From Terriglobia bacterium (GTDB lineage: Bacteria > Acidobacteriota > Terriglobia > Terriglobales > Acidobacteriaceae), in contig CAWGKF010000016.1 in NCBI GenBank assembly GCA_963823085.1, positions 126,824 through 190,823 on the forward strand: DNA of 64,000 nucleotides. The letters are read 5' to 3'. The translations under genes were made by a program, and so were the position numbers. Each line of letters opens with the position of its first letter. Positions within the stretch are counted from its first letter, which is position 1. Below the pieces are notes generated by a model. The model saw nothing but the letters and a program-made list of their open reading frames with translations, did no database searches and had not been told where the DNA came from. Positions 26,283 to 34,957 of the stretch are shown in pieces.

Positions 26283-27992
26283 ATGCATAAGGGAGCCGAG
26301 ATCGTTCTGGAGTGCCTGCGAGCCGAGGGCGTGGACCTCGTCTTTGGCTATCCAGGTGGAGCGATCATGCCGTTGTATGACGCGCTCGACGGCAGCGGTG
26401 TGCGCCACGTGCTGACGCGGCATGAGCAGGGTGCAGTGTTCGCGGCAGAAGGATACGCGCGGGTGACGGGGAAAGTCGGCGTCGCGATGGCGACGAGCGG
26501 TCCCGGGGCGACGAATCTGGTTACCGGTATTGCCGACGCGAAGATGGATTCCGTTCCGCTGGTCTGCATCACCGGTCAGGTGCGCAGCGCGCTGATCGGC
26601 AGCGATGCGTTTCAGGAGACCGACGTTTTTGGCGTGACGCTCTCGTTGACGAAGTGGAGCCGACTGGTGCGCACGATCGACGAAATCCCCGAAGTAATCG
26701 CCGAGGGATTTTACTGGGCGCGGAGTGGACGTCCGGGACCGGTGGTCATCGATATCCCTACCGACATGCTGAAGGCGAAGAAGGAATTTTCGGGACCGGC
26801 GAAGTTCACGCCGCATGCGCGTCCGGCGGATGCGAAAGCTGAGGGCGGATTCACCGACACGATTGTCGCGATGCTGCAGCAGTCGTCGAAGCCGGTCGCC
26901 CTGGTCGGAGCGGGAGCCAAGATTTCAGGGGCGATCCCGGAATTGCGGCGTCTGCTTGACACGTTGAACATTCCGACTTTCGCCACGGTGCACGGGCTGG
27001 GCGCTGTTCCGCAGCAAGCTCCTTATTATCTCGGCATGGTTGGCATGCACGGAACTCGGGCCGCCAATACGGCGTTGCATGAGACAGATCTGCTGATGGT
27101 TTTTGGCGCTCGCCTCGATGACCGAGTGACCGGGGAACCGACCCGGTTCGCGCCGCATGCCAAGATCGTTCATTTTGAAATCGATCCGGCGCAACTGGAC
27201 CGCGTGCGTCCCTGCGATCTGCCGGTGATTGGAAATCTCGCGGACACGATTCCAGCATTCGAGAGCGAACTGCGGCGACATCGACTTCCAGATTTCGCGG
27301 AGTGGCGTTCGGTCGCTTGCGGAGAGGATCGAGCGGAACTCGATCCTCGGGGTCTGGCGCAGCCAACGATCCGTTTTCTGGACGAACTTTTCAGCCGCCT
27401 GCCGAAAGACAGCGTCATTCTTGCCGATGTCGGGCAGCACCAGATGTGGGCGGCGCAGCGTTATTGCTCGGATTCGCCGCGGGGGTTCATCACGTCAGGC
27501 GGACTGGGCGCGATGGGCTTCGCTCTTCCGGCCGCGGTGGGCGTGCAGCTCGCGAAGCCGGAAACGTGCGTGCTTTGCGTCTCGGGAGATGGCGGATTTC
27601 AGATGAACATTCAAGAACTGGCGACGGTGCATCGCCTTGACCTGCCAGTGAAGATGGTCATCATCGACAACAAATATCTGGGCATGGTGCGGCAGTGGCA
27701 GCAGCTGTTTTACGAGCGCAACTATGCCGAGACCGATTTGAGCGACAATCCCGACTTTGTGGAGATCGCAAAGGCTTACAAGATTCACAGTTTCCGCGTG
27801 AAGGAAGAGGTCATGCGCGAGTTTCCGGTCTCGCAGGAAACCGGCGATCAGATTGATCGCTTCCTGCACTCACCGGATCCGGAGTTGCTGGTGTTCGATT
27901 GCGCGCCCGAGGCCAACGTTTATCCGATGGTTCCGGCGGGCGCAGCGCTGTCTGAGATGTTGCTGGAAGAAGAACCAGAACCGACACAGTAA
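26283..27992 (+). CDS. ilvB: Acetolactate synthase (biosynthetic-type) large subunit
   Basis: ThDP-enzyme motifs: 'GYPGGAIMPLYDAL', 'GPGATNLVTGIADA' and 'GLGAMGFALPAAVG...SGDGGFQMN'. Confidence 0.95.
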   Translation: MHKGAEIVLECLRAEGVDLVFGYPGGAIMPLYDALDGSGVRHVLTRHEQGAVFAAEGYARVTGKVGVAMATSGPGATNLVTGIADAKMDSVPLVCITGQVRSALIGSDAFQETDVFGVTLSLTKWSRLVRTIDEIPEVIAEGFYWARSGRPGPVVIDIPTDMLKAKKEFSGPAKFTPHARPADAKAEGGFTDTIVAMLQQSSKPVALVGAGAKISGAIPELRRLLDTLNIPTFATVHGLGAVPQQAPYYLGMVGMHGTRAANTALHETDLLMVFGARLDDRVTGEPTRFAPHAKIVHFEIDPAQLDRVRPCDLPVIGNLADTIPAFESELRRHRLPDFAEWRSVACGEDRAELDPRGLAQPTIRFLDELFSRLPKDSVILADVGQHQMWAAQRYCSDSPRGFITSGGLGAMGFALPAAVGVQLAKPETCVLCVSGDGGFQMNIQELATVHRLDLPVKMVIIDNKYLGMVRQWQQLFYERNYAETDLSDNPDFVEIAKAYKIHSFRVKEEVMREFPVSQETGDQIDRFLHSPDPELLVFDCAPEANVYPMVPAGAALSEMLLEEEPEPTQ

Positions 27993-28007
27993 GAGGGGGA
28001 CGATCAC

Positions 28008-28310
28008 ATGCAAAGCTTTCACATCCGCTACCGCAATACACAGGGAACATTGATGCGCATCCTGAATGCCGCTTCGCGCCGCGGTCTCGATCTGCCAGTG
28101 GTGCATGCAGAGCGGGGTGAGACTGATCATCAGGTCACGATTGTTCTCGATGTGAATGCCAAGCAGGTCGGCCAGCTTTACCGCGAATGGTATTCGATCA
28201 CCGATGTAATTCATGTCGGGTCGGGGGCCGCGCATAGCGACACGTGGACAGGCCATCATCCGCCGGCGGGTGTAACGATCGCTGAGTCGCGCTCGGCCGC
28301 ACGAGCGTAG
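28008..28310 (+). CDS. ilvN: Short ACT-domain acetolactate synthase regulatory subunit (IlvN/IlvM-like)
   Basis: 100-aa ORF 15 nt after the ilvB stop, with a GAGGGGGA RBS. An ACT-like beta-alpha-beta-beta-alpha-beta pattern is seen (FHIRYRNTQGTLMRILNAASRRGLDLPVVHAERGETDHQVTIVLDV...). It lacks the second domain of long IlvN/IlvH. Confidence 0.6.
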   Translation: MQSFHIRYRNTQGTLMRILNAASRRGLDLPVVHAERGETDHQVTIVLDVNAKQVGQLYREWYSITDVIHVGSGAAHSDTWTGHHPPAGVTIAESRSAARA

Positions 28311-28330
28311 TGGGATTTGATTTTGGGCAA

Positions 28331-28363
28331 GCATGACGACTCCTGGGCAGCGTCATGCATTTT
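28331..28363 (+). terminator. Intrinsic terminator-like hairpin 1 after ilvN
   Basis: gcatgacg-(12 nt)-cgtcatgc followed by aTTTT. Confidence 0.55.
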
Positions 28364-28399
28364 GGGGAACCTGCTGCGAGCGGGTTCCCCGTTTTTATT
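28364..28399 (+). terminator. Intrinsic terminator-like hairpin 2 after ilvN
   Basis: ggggaacc-(10 nt)-gggttcccc followed by gTTTTTaTT. Confidence 0.6.
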
Positions 28400-28423
28400 C
28401 GCGAGAAGATCAAAAACATTCAA

Positions 28424-28451
28424 CACAGAGGTCACAGAGGGAACACAGAGG
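28424..28451. repeat. CACAGAGG short tandem repeat, family B copy 1
   Basis: cacagaggtcacagagggaacacagagg. Confidence 0.6.
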
Positions 28452-28513
28452 AAATCTGAGCAGTCAAAAGGTCTTGGTGCAGTTTGAACTTCAATCGGCT
28501 TGCTCTTCGAGGA

Positions 28514-28636
28514 GTCATCCTGACGGGAGGCGTCGTTCAGGCGGAGGCAAGGATCTCGCGTGCAGTGAGTAAGCGTCTGATCCGCACCACGCCAGATCCC
28601 TCGACCGGCTGAACTGCGCCGGATCTTCGGGATGAC
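28514..28636. repeat. Family A palindromic element (two inverted ~47-bp arms, GTCATCCYGA ... TCGGGATGAC)
   Basis: Left arm: gtcatcctgacgggaggcgtcgttcaggcggaggcaaggatct. Reverse complement of the right arm: gtcatcccgaagatccggcgcagttcagccggtcgagggatct. Confidence 0.65.
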
Positions 28637-28643
28637 GCCCCGG

Positions 28644-28670
28644 ACAGAGGAAACACGGGGAACACAGAGG
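28644..28670. repeat. CACAGAGG short tandem repeat, family B copy 2
   Basis: acagaggaaacacggggaacacagagg. The 21-mer ggaacacagaggaaWtctgag is shared with copy 1. Confidence 0.6.
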
Positions 28671-28777
28671 AATTCTGAGTAAAGACTGTGTGTCACGGCG
28701 GGCCATTTGTAGTTTATGCTTCTTAGTTCTCAGCTTCAGGTTCCATCTTCAATCATTTCTCATCGAGTGAAATCACT

Positions 28778-30451
28778 ATGGATCTCAAGCACATCAGTCG
28801 CGGAATTACCGAAGGGCGGTCGCGCGCGGGCGCTCGCTCCATGTACAAAGCGGTTGGATTCACCGATGCGGACCTCAGCCGTCCGTTGATCGGCGTGGCC
28901 AATACGTGGATTGAAACCATGCCCTGCAACTTCCACCTGCGCCGTCTTTCCGCAAAGGTGAAGGAAGGCATTCGCGCCGCGGGAGGGACGCCGATGGAGT
29001 TCAACACCATCGCGATCTCCGATGGAGAGACGATGGGGACCGAGGGCATGCGGGCGTCGCTGGTCAGCCGAGAACTGATCGCCGACTCGATCGAACTCGT
29101 CTGCCGTGGGCAGATGTTTGACGCCGTGGTGTGCGTGGTGGGATGCGATAAGACGATTCCGGCCGCGGCCATGGCGCTGGCTCGCATGAATCTTCCGGGT
29201 GTAGTGCTCTACGGCGGGACGATCGCGGCCGGCAGCTATCGCGGGAAGGACGTCACGATTCAGGACGTGTACGAAGCCATTGGTGCGAATCTGGCGGGGA
29301 AGATGTCGGACTCCGAACTGAAGGAATTGGAAGATGTCGCCTGCCCTGGGGCGGGTGCTTGTGGCGGCCAGTACACGGCCAACACGATGTCGACGGTGAT
29401 GGAGATGATCGGGCTGTCGCCGATGGGATTCAACAGCGTGCCAGCGATGGATGCGCAGAAGGATCAGGTTTCGTTCGATTGCGGCAAGATCGTGATGAAT
29501 GTGCTGCAGCAAGGGCTGAAGCCCCGCGACATTCTCACGCGCGAAGCGTTCGAGAACGCGATCGCATCGGTTGCTGCGTCGGGCGGCTCGACGAATGCTG
29601 TTTTGCATCTACTTGCAATCGCGCGGGAAGCTGGAGTCAATCTTGAGATCGATGATTTCCAAACCGTCAGCGAGCGGACTCCATTTCTGGCTGATCTGAA
29701 GCCTTCGGGCAGATTCGTGGCTGCCGACATGCACCGTGCAGGCGGCATTCGACTGCTTGCGAAGCGCTTGATGGATGGGAAGTATCTGCACGGCTCGGCG
29801 AAGACCGTGACCGGGCTAACAATTTCGGATGAGGCGAAGGGCGCGACCGAGACTGCGGGGCAAGAAGTGATCGCGCCGCTCAACAAGCCGTTGAAAGCCA
29901 CCGGCGGACTGGTGATCTTAAAAGGCAATCTTGCCCCCGAAGGCTGCGTGGCGAAGATCAGCGGGCACGAACGTCTCGAGCAACGCGGGCCGGCACGCGT
30001 CTTCGACTCGGAAGAAGACGCCATGGCCGCTGTCACTGCAAAGAAGATCAAAGCAGGAGATGTGGTCGTGATCCGCAACGAAGGCCCAAAGGGTGGACCG
30101 GGAATGCGCGAAATGCTCGGAGTTACTGCGGCACTCGTTGGGGAAGGTTTGGGCGAATCGGTGGCGCTGCTCACCGACGGACGTTTCAGCGGGGCCACGC
30201 GCGGGCTAATGGCTGGGCATGTCTCCCCCGAAGCGGCGCTGGGAGGTCCGATCACCGGGGTTCGCGATGGCGACATGATTCGATTCGACGTACGGCAGCG
30301 CATCCTGGAAGTCGAAGTCAATGACGATGAGTTGCGCAAACGCATGGCACAGTGGAGAGCGCCGCAGCCGCACTATTCGACAGGAGTGTTCGCGAAATAC
30401 GCCGCGCTGGTTTCGTCGGCGTCGCAGGGAGCGATCACCAAGCCGAACTAG
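28778..30451 (+). CDS. ilvD: Dihydroxy-acid dehydratase
   Basis: '[11 protein letters not shown]', '[15 protein letters not shown]' and '[11 protein letters not shown]' are IlvD signatures. Confidence 0.95.
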   Translation: MDLKHISRGITEGRSRAGARSMYKAVGFTDADLSRPLIGVANTWIETMPCNFHLRRLSAKVKEGIRAAGGTPMEFNTIAISDGETMGTEGMRASLVSRELIADSIELVCRGQMFDAVVCVVGCDKTIPAAAMALARMNLPGVVLYGGTIAAGSYRGKDVTIQDVYEAIGANLAGKMSDSELKELEDVACPGAGACGGQYTANTMSTVMEMIGLSPMGFNSVPAMDAQKDQVSFDCGKIVMNVLQQGLKPRDILTREAFENAIASVAASGGSTNAVLHLLAIAREAGVNLEIDDFQTVSERTPFLADLKPSGRFVAADMHRAGGIRLLAKRLMDGKYLHGSAKTVTGLTISDEAKGATETAGQEVIAPLNKPLKATGGLVILKGNLAPEGCVAKISGHERLEQRGPARVFDSEEDAMAAVTAKKIKAGDVVVIRNEGPKGGPGMREMLGVTAALVGEGLGESVALLTDGRFSGATRGLMAGHVSPEAALGGPITGVRDGDMIRFDVRQRILEVEVNDDELRKRMAQWRAPQPHYSTGVFAKYAALVSSASQGAITKPN

Positions 30452-31152
30452 CCCGTTGTGGTGATCTTCTTCAGCGCTTTTTCGAGATCGTCTGGCTTGA
30501 ATCCAAAAGGACCGGGCTTGCTCTTGTAGGCGACCCGGTTCTTCTGGTCAATCAGGTAGATTCGGTCCGGCCAACCGGTGTAGGCGGCCTCCGTCGAGTT
30601 GTCGAATCCGTCGATGACTGCGGGAAACTTGATCCCCAACTTGCGCACGCAGCTTCCGGCTACCTGGCTGCGCTCCTCGAAATCTTTAGGGCTGGCAAAA
30701 ACGACCTTGTCCTTCAGATTGCTCTGCGTCTGCCAAACGTCGCTCGGGTGGGCTTCCACGATGTAGACAATGAGGAAAGCGACCTGCTGGTTGTATTGAT
30801 CGTAGAGCTTGTTGAGAGCGGGAACCTCCCGCCGAAACGGCGGTCAAGTGTAGCTGCCGAAGACAAGTACAACAGGTTGTGTCGAGGTGAGCGAGGACAG
30901 TTGCACGTTCGCGGATTTGTCGAGCTTGATCAGCGAGAAATCTGGCGCAGGATCGCCAGCCTGCAAGTGTCCGGCACGAGCGTGCATCCACATGGTTTCG
31001 AATGGGACCACGAAGAAGGTCGCATCCGGCACGTGCTTCATGACCCGGCCAAACGTCTCTGGAGACTGGTGCATCGCCCACCAGATCAGCCCGACAAACG
31101 AGACGTAGAGAACTGCCACGACAAGCGCTGTTCGGAGAAGATACTTCGCCAT
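30448..31152 (-). CDS. Membrane-anchored iodothyronine-deiodinase-like thioredoxin-fold protein with in-frame TGA (candidate selenocysteine) at 30844-30846
   Basis: The two track ORFs (30844..31152 and 30448..30759, extended upstream) share one frame and are separated only by a TGA. Read-through gives [47 protein letters not shown]-terminal TM segment [23 protein letters not shown]. Confidence 0.65.
30818..30832 (-). promoter_or_regulatory. Candidate bacterial SECIS apical hairpin
   Basis: mRNA: UGA-N11-GCGGG-AGGUU-CCCGC. The stem is 5 bp of G/C pairs, the loop contains GGU, and the loop starts 16 nt after the UGA. Confidence 0.4.
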
Positions 31153-31297
31153 AGATGGGACGGAATCATACCGGAAAGTTTCTCGGCAGACCGTAATGTA
31201 AAGGCACTATCAGCGGCAAAGCAGGCTTGCCAGGCTGTGTTAGATTAGGTCGTCGATTCTGGGGTCGTCCCGGCTAAAGTCGGGCGAAAACAATACA

Positions 31298-32503
31298 TTG
31301 CACAAATGGGTTGCGGTGATTCCTGACATAGCAGCAGGTCGTCCGGTGAGGTGCGCCTGGCTTGTGCTGGCGTACCTGGCATTGGTCCTAAGTGGTGTAG
31401 CGCAGACGCCGGCTGCAAGCAGCGAACCTCCCAAGCAGGACTATCTTGTCTATGTCGTGTGCGAATCGGCAGACAAGATTGTTCTGCTTCGCTTCGGACC
31501 GGACGGCCTACGGATTGAGAATCAGACTCGGACGGGTCTGATGCCCACGGACATTAATGGACCGCACGGGATCGTAGTCTCGCCCGACAAGCAATTTTTC
31601 TATGTCGCCGAGGGCCACGGACGTCCGGAAGGCTCCGCGTGGAAGTACCGCGCCGGGAGCGACAGCGTGGTGAAGTACACCAGCCTCGGGATGTTCCCGG
31701 CCACCACCGACATCACTCCTGACGGCAGCTTCATCTACGTGGCCAACGCCAACTTCCATGGAGACATGGTTCCGTCGTCGATATCGGTGGTCGCGACAGA
31801 CCAGATGATTGAGGTCAAGCGCATCACGACCTGCACCATGCCACATGGATCGCGACTGAACCATGCGGGAACAAAACATTACTCGGCATGCATGATGGAC
31901 GACATGCTGGTCGAGATCGATACCAGCAAATTCGCGGTGTCGCGCTATTTCGTGGTCACGCCCGGGAAAGAGATGGGGATGACGGGCGAACCATATCCGA
32001 AGTTTGTTCCATCGATGGGAGATCATAAGGAAATGACTCACAAGCCGGTCTGCACACCGACGTGGGCTCAGCCTTCGAACGACGGATCGACCATTTACGT
32101 CGCGTGCAATCAATCGAACGAGATCGTTGCGGTTAAAACGGCCGACTGGACGCTGGCCCGGCGCTTTCCGGCGGGCAACGGCGTTTACAACCTGGCGATG
32201 ACGAAAGATGGACGCCTCATCGCGACCAACAAGCGGGGACAGTCGGTGTCGATCTTCGATCCGGTGAGCGGAAAAGAGCTGGCAAGAATTCCGACGAAAA
32301 GAAAAGTCGTTCACGGCGCAGTGGTCACGCCGGATGATCGTTATGCCTTCATCAGCGTAGAAGGCGTGGGCGACGAACCGGGCACGGTTGAAGTGATCGA
32401 CTTGGCAGCGCTGAAGACGGTCGCGACCATCGACGTTGGGCCGCAGGCCGCGGGCATTGATTTCTGGAAGACCGAGGCAAGCAAGATTGAGGAAAAAAAG
32501 TAA
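31298..32503 (+). CDS. Secreted YncE/YVTN-like beta-propeller protein
   Basis: Repeated 'GPHGIVVSPDKQFFYV', 'DITPDGSFIYVAN', 'VVHGAVVTPDDRYAFISVEG' blades and a signal-like 'WLVLAYLALVLSGVAQ'. The start is uncertain (TTG 31298, GTG 31316 or GTG 31346). Confidence 0.75.
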   Translation: MHKWVAVIPDIAAGRPVRCAWLVLAYLALVLSGVAQTPAASSEPPKQDYLVYVVCESADKIVLLRFGPDGLRIENQTRTGLMPTDINGPHGIVVSPDKQFFYVAEGHGRPEGSAWKYRAGSDSVVKYTSLGMFPATTDITPDGSFIYVANANFHGDMVPSSISVVATDQMIEVKRITTCTMPHGSRLNHAGTKHYSACMMDDMLVEIDTSKFAVSRYFVVTPGKEMGMTGEPYPKFVPSMGDHKEMTHKPVCTPTWAQPSNDGSTIYVACNQSNEIVAVKTADWTLARRFPAGNGVYNLAMTKDGRLIATNKRGQSVSIFDPVSGKELARIPTKRKVVHGAVVTPDDRYAFISVEGVGDEPGTVEVIDLAALKTVATIDVGPQAAGIDFWKTEASKIEEKK

Positions 32504-32546
32504 TGGTTCAGTTTGGATTTTCATTCCGGGTTCCTTTCGGAGCGTG

Positions 32547-32659
32547 GTCATCCCGAGCGGAGCCGCTGTTCAGGCGGAGCGAAGGAGCTCCCTTGGGACA
32601 GATGTGTTGCGAGGGAGATCCCTCGGCCCGCTGGTGAAAACGCGGGCCTTCGGGATGAC
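32547..32659. repeat. Family A palindromic element, second full copy
   Basis: gtcatcccgagcggagccgctgttcaggcggagcgaaggagctc ... gagatccctcggcccgctggtgaaaacgcgggccttcgggatgac. Confidence 0.65.
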
Positions 32660-32723
32660 GCCGCAAGAGAGATGAAAAGAAAGAAGAACGATGGGATGCG
32701 GTCACACTTAGCGGGAGGGATGC

Positions 32724-34784
32724 ATGTTCAAACGTAGCGTGTTCGTATTTGCCGTAGCGGCAATTCTCGCAGTGCCAGCTGTGTGGTCGCAGGACGCACC
32801 CGCGAAGCAGGAAACTCCGAGCACGTCAGTGGCTCCGGCTATCGTCGAGATCACTCCCAAGACTCTCGATGCGCACGTCGGGGAAAAGGTGAAGTTCAGC
32901 GCCGCTGCGAAAGATGCGGCTGGCAATCCTATCGATGCGAAGGTCTCCGTCTGGTTCGCAGCTCCGTTTGATCTCGCGGGGGCGGATGAGTCCGGGGAAG
33001 TGACGTTTCACGCACCTGGCATAGTCACGGTCGGTGCCGTGATTGCGGGCAAGACTGGGTACGCCACCGTGAACGTCGGCACGTCGAAGATCACGACGAT
33101 TGAAATCGAGCAGCCCAAGCCGATCGTTGCGGGCAGTGTAGCAAAACTGATGGCTACGGCTCGCACTGCGAACGGCAATCCGAGCGCGGATGCAAAGATC
33201 AAGTGGATTTCGGAAAAACCATCTGTCGCCACGGTTGACGCCGCTGGCTTGGTTGCCGGAGTTGCTTCGGGAAGCGCGGTCATCAAAGCCACGTCGGATG
33301 ACGCCTCCGGAAAGGTAACGGTGCAAGTTGTGCGGGACGCGGTGCGAAAACTTACGGTCAATCCCGCCACTACCGAGACTCGCACCGGAGACGTGGTGCA
33401 CTTCGCTGCTACGGCCGACAGCGGGAAAGCGCCGAGCGTGCGCTGGTCGGTCAGCGGAAGCGGGGCGTCGATCTATGATGACGGAGCCTTTGTGGCCGAG
33501 AAAGCCGGCACATATGTCATCACGGCCAGCAGCGGACAGCACAGTGCTTCCGCATCGGTGGTGGTTCGTCCGCGTAATGTCGAGCGCGAGGTCGAAGTCG
33601 TCTCGCATGTCCCGATGCCCGACCTGCAGATGTCGGAAGAGTGGATCATCGGTCATCACGCATATCTCTCGACGATCGCCGACAAGCTGTTTGTGTACGA
33701 CATCGCCGACCCGTCGAATCCCAAACTGCTCGACACATTGAAAGTGGATGCCCGCCTCATTAACGACATCAGCACCACGACGGATGAGAAAATCGGTGTC
33801 TTCACGCGGGAAGGCGCGTCGAACCGAAAGAATGGAATCGTGTTCCTCGACACAACGGATCCCTCGCACCTGAAAGTGCTCTCCGAGTACACGGCGACTG
33901 TGACGGGAGGCGTGCATAGCGCGTATATCGACGGGCATTATGTTTATCTCACCGACGACGCCACCGGATCGATGCGCGTGATCGACTTCGCGGACCCGAA
34001 GCATCCAAGGGAAGTCGCGCGGTTTCAGGTAGAGAACCCCACGGTCGTGACTCTCAGTACGGAAATGGGATCGATGTCGAGCGGGCGTTATCTGCACGAT
34101 CTGCAGGTGAAGGATGGCATTGCGTATCTTGCCTACTGGCGAGACGGGCTTGTCATTCTCGATGTAGGCAATGGCATGGCGGGAGGCAGCCCGGAAAATC
34201 CCAAGGTGATCAGCCAGTACCGCTTCAATCACTACGAACTATATGGCGATGGATGGCTGGCGGGCACGCACAGCGTCTTCCGCTACAAGAATTATCTCTT
34301 CGTCGGCGATGAGGTTTTTCCTGCGATTTTCAACATCGAAGACCGCGACCGTATCCCGGTTCGGGCTATTTGCCATGTGATGGACGTTTCCGACGTCAGG
34401 CATCCGAGGGAAGTCGCGCAATACGAGGCTCCGGAAGGCGGCTCGCACAATTTCTGGGCTGCAAACGACATGCTTTACGAGGGCTATTACAGCGGAGGCG
34501 CGCGTGTGCTCGATATTTCCGGCGAGCTGCGCGGCGATCTCTACCGCCAGGGCCGCGAAATCGCGCGTTTCTGGACCGGCGACTCGAAAGGATATCGCCC
34601 GAATCTTCCTTTTACATGGGGTGGACAACCTTGCTCGGTCACCTGTGACACTCCGGAACTGAATGCCCTGATGTACTTCAACGATATTCACTCCGGACTG
34701 TGGATCACGAAGCTGGGTGCGCCGAAATTTCAGGGGTCAACGACCGCGCCTCCGGTAAGAAGGAGCGAGCAGACGATTCACTAG
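32724..34784 (+). CDS. Secreted protein with three Big_2-like Ig domains and a C-terminal LVIVD-repeat beta-propeller
   Basis: Signal peptide present. Three Ig-like units are seen ('V.F.A.A.DA.GN.I...V.W.S....VATVD..G.V..V..G...I.A'). Later 'DGLVILDV', 'LFVYDIADPSNPK' and 'MRVIDFADPKHP' are LVIVD-type repeats. Confidence 0.8.
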   Translation: MFKRSVFVFAVAAILAVPAVWSQDAPAKQETPSTSVAPAIVEITPKTLDAHVGEKVKFSAAAKDAAGNPIDAKVSVWFAAPFDLAGADESGEVTFHAPGIVTVGAVIAGKTGYATVNVGTSKITTIEIEQPKPIVAGSVAKLMATARTANGNPSADAKIKWISEKPSVATVDAAGLVAGVASGSAVIKATSDDASGKVTVQVVRDAVRKLTVNPATTETRTGDVVHFAATADSGKAPSVRWSVSGSGASIYDDGAFVAEKAGTYVITASSGQHSASASVVVRPRNVEREVEVVSHVPMPDLQMSEEWIIGHHAYLSTIADKLFVYDIADPSNPKLLDTLKVDARLINDISTTTDEKIGVFTREGASNRKNGIVFLDTTDPSHLKVLSEYTATVTGGVHSAYIDGHYVYLTDDATGSMRVIDFADPKHPREVARFQVENPTVVTLSTEMGSMSSGRYLHDLQVKDGIAYLAYWRDGLVILDVGNGMAGGSPENPKVISQYRFNHYELYGDGWLAGTHSVFRYKNYLFVGDEVFPAIFNIEDRDRIPVRAICHVMDVSDVRHPREVAQYEAPEGGSHNFWAANDMLYEGYYSGGARVLDISGELRGDLYRQGREIARFWTGDSKGYRPNLPFTWGGQPCSVTCDTPELNALMYFNDIHSGLWITKLGAPKFQGSTTAPPVRRSEQTIH

Positions 34785-34815
34785 GTCCCTTCTCTCCGTT
34801 GTGAGAAAGAACCTT

Positions 34816-34845
34816 CACCACAGAGGACACAGAGGAACACAGGGG
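34816..34845. repeat. CACAGAGG short tandem repeat, family B copy 3
   Basis: caccacagaggacacagaggaacacagggg, followed at 34878-34892 by a partial family C motif. Confidence 0.6.
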
Positions 34846-34957
34846 ATTTTGGTCTATTCCCACCGACGGGCTGTTCGCGGCTGTCCCCACACGCCCGCGC
34901 TTGCTCAGGGCGGATGGCTGTGAAAAACTAGTTCTTACCAGTTTTTCTTCATTCTCT

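Noticed and set aside
25842-26816. Long antisense ORFs inside well-supported genes. Examples: 25842-26816, 28760-29608, 29464-30345, 32826-34232, 42649-43887, 19066-20079 and 31508-32551.
   Set aside because: They lie opposite strongly supported conserved genes in GC-rich DNA. Their composition is Arg/Pro/His-rich and low-complexity, with no recognisable motifs. They are typical shadow ORFs.
28424-28680. CACAGAGG repeat blocks as a possible CRISPR array.
   Set aside because: The units are only ~8 nt, directly tandem and degenerate. There are no 25-40-nt repeats, no unique spacers and no cas genes in the window.
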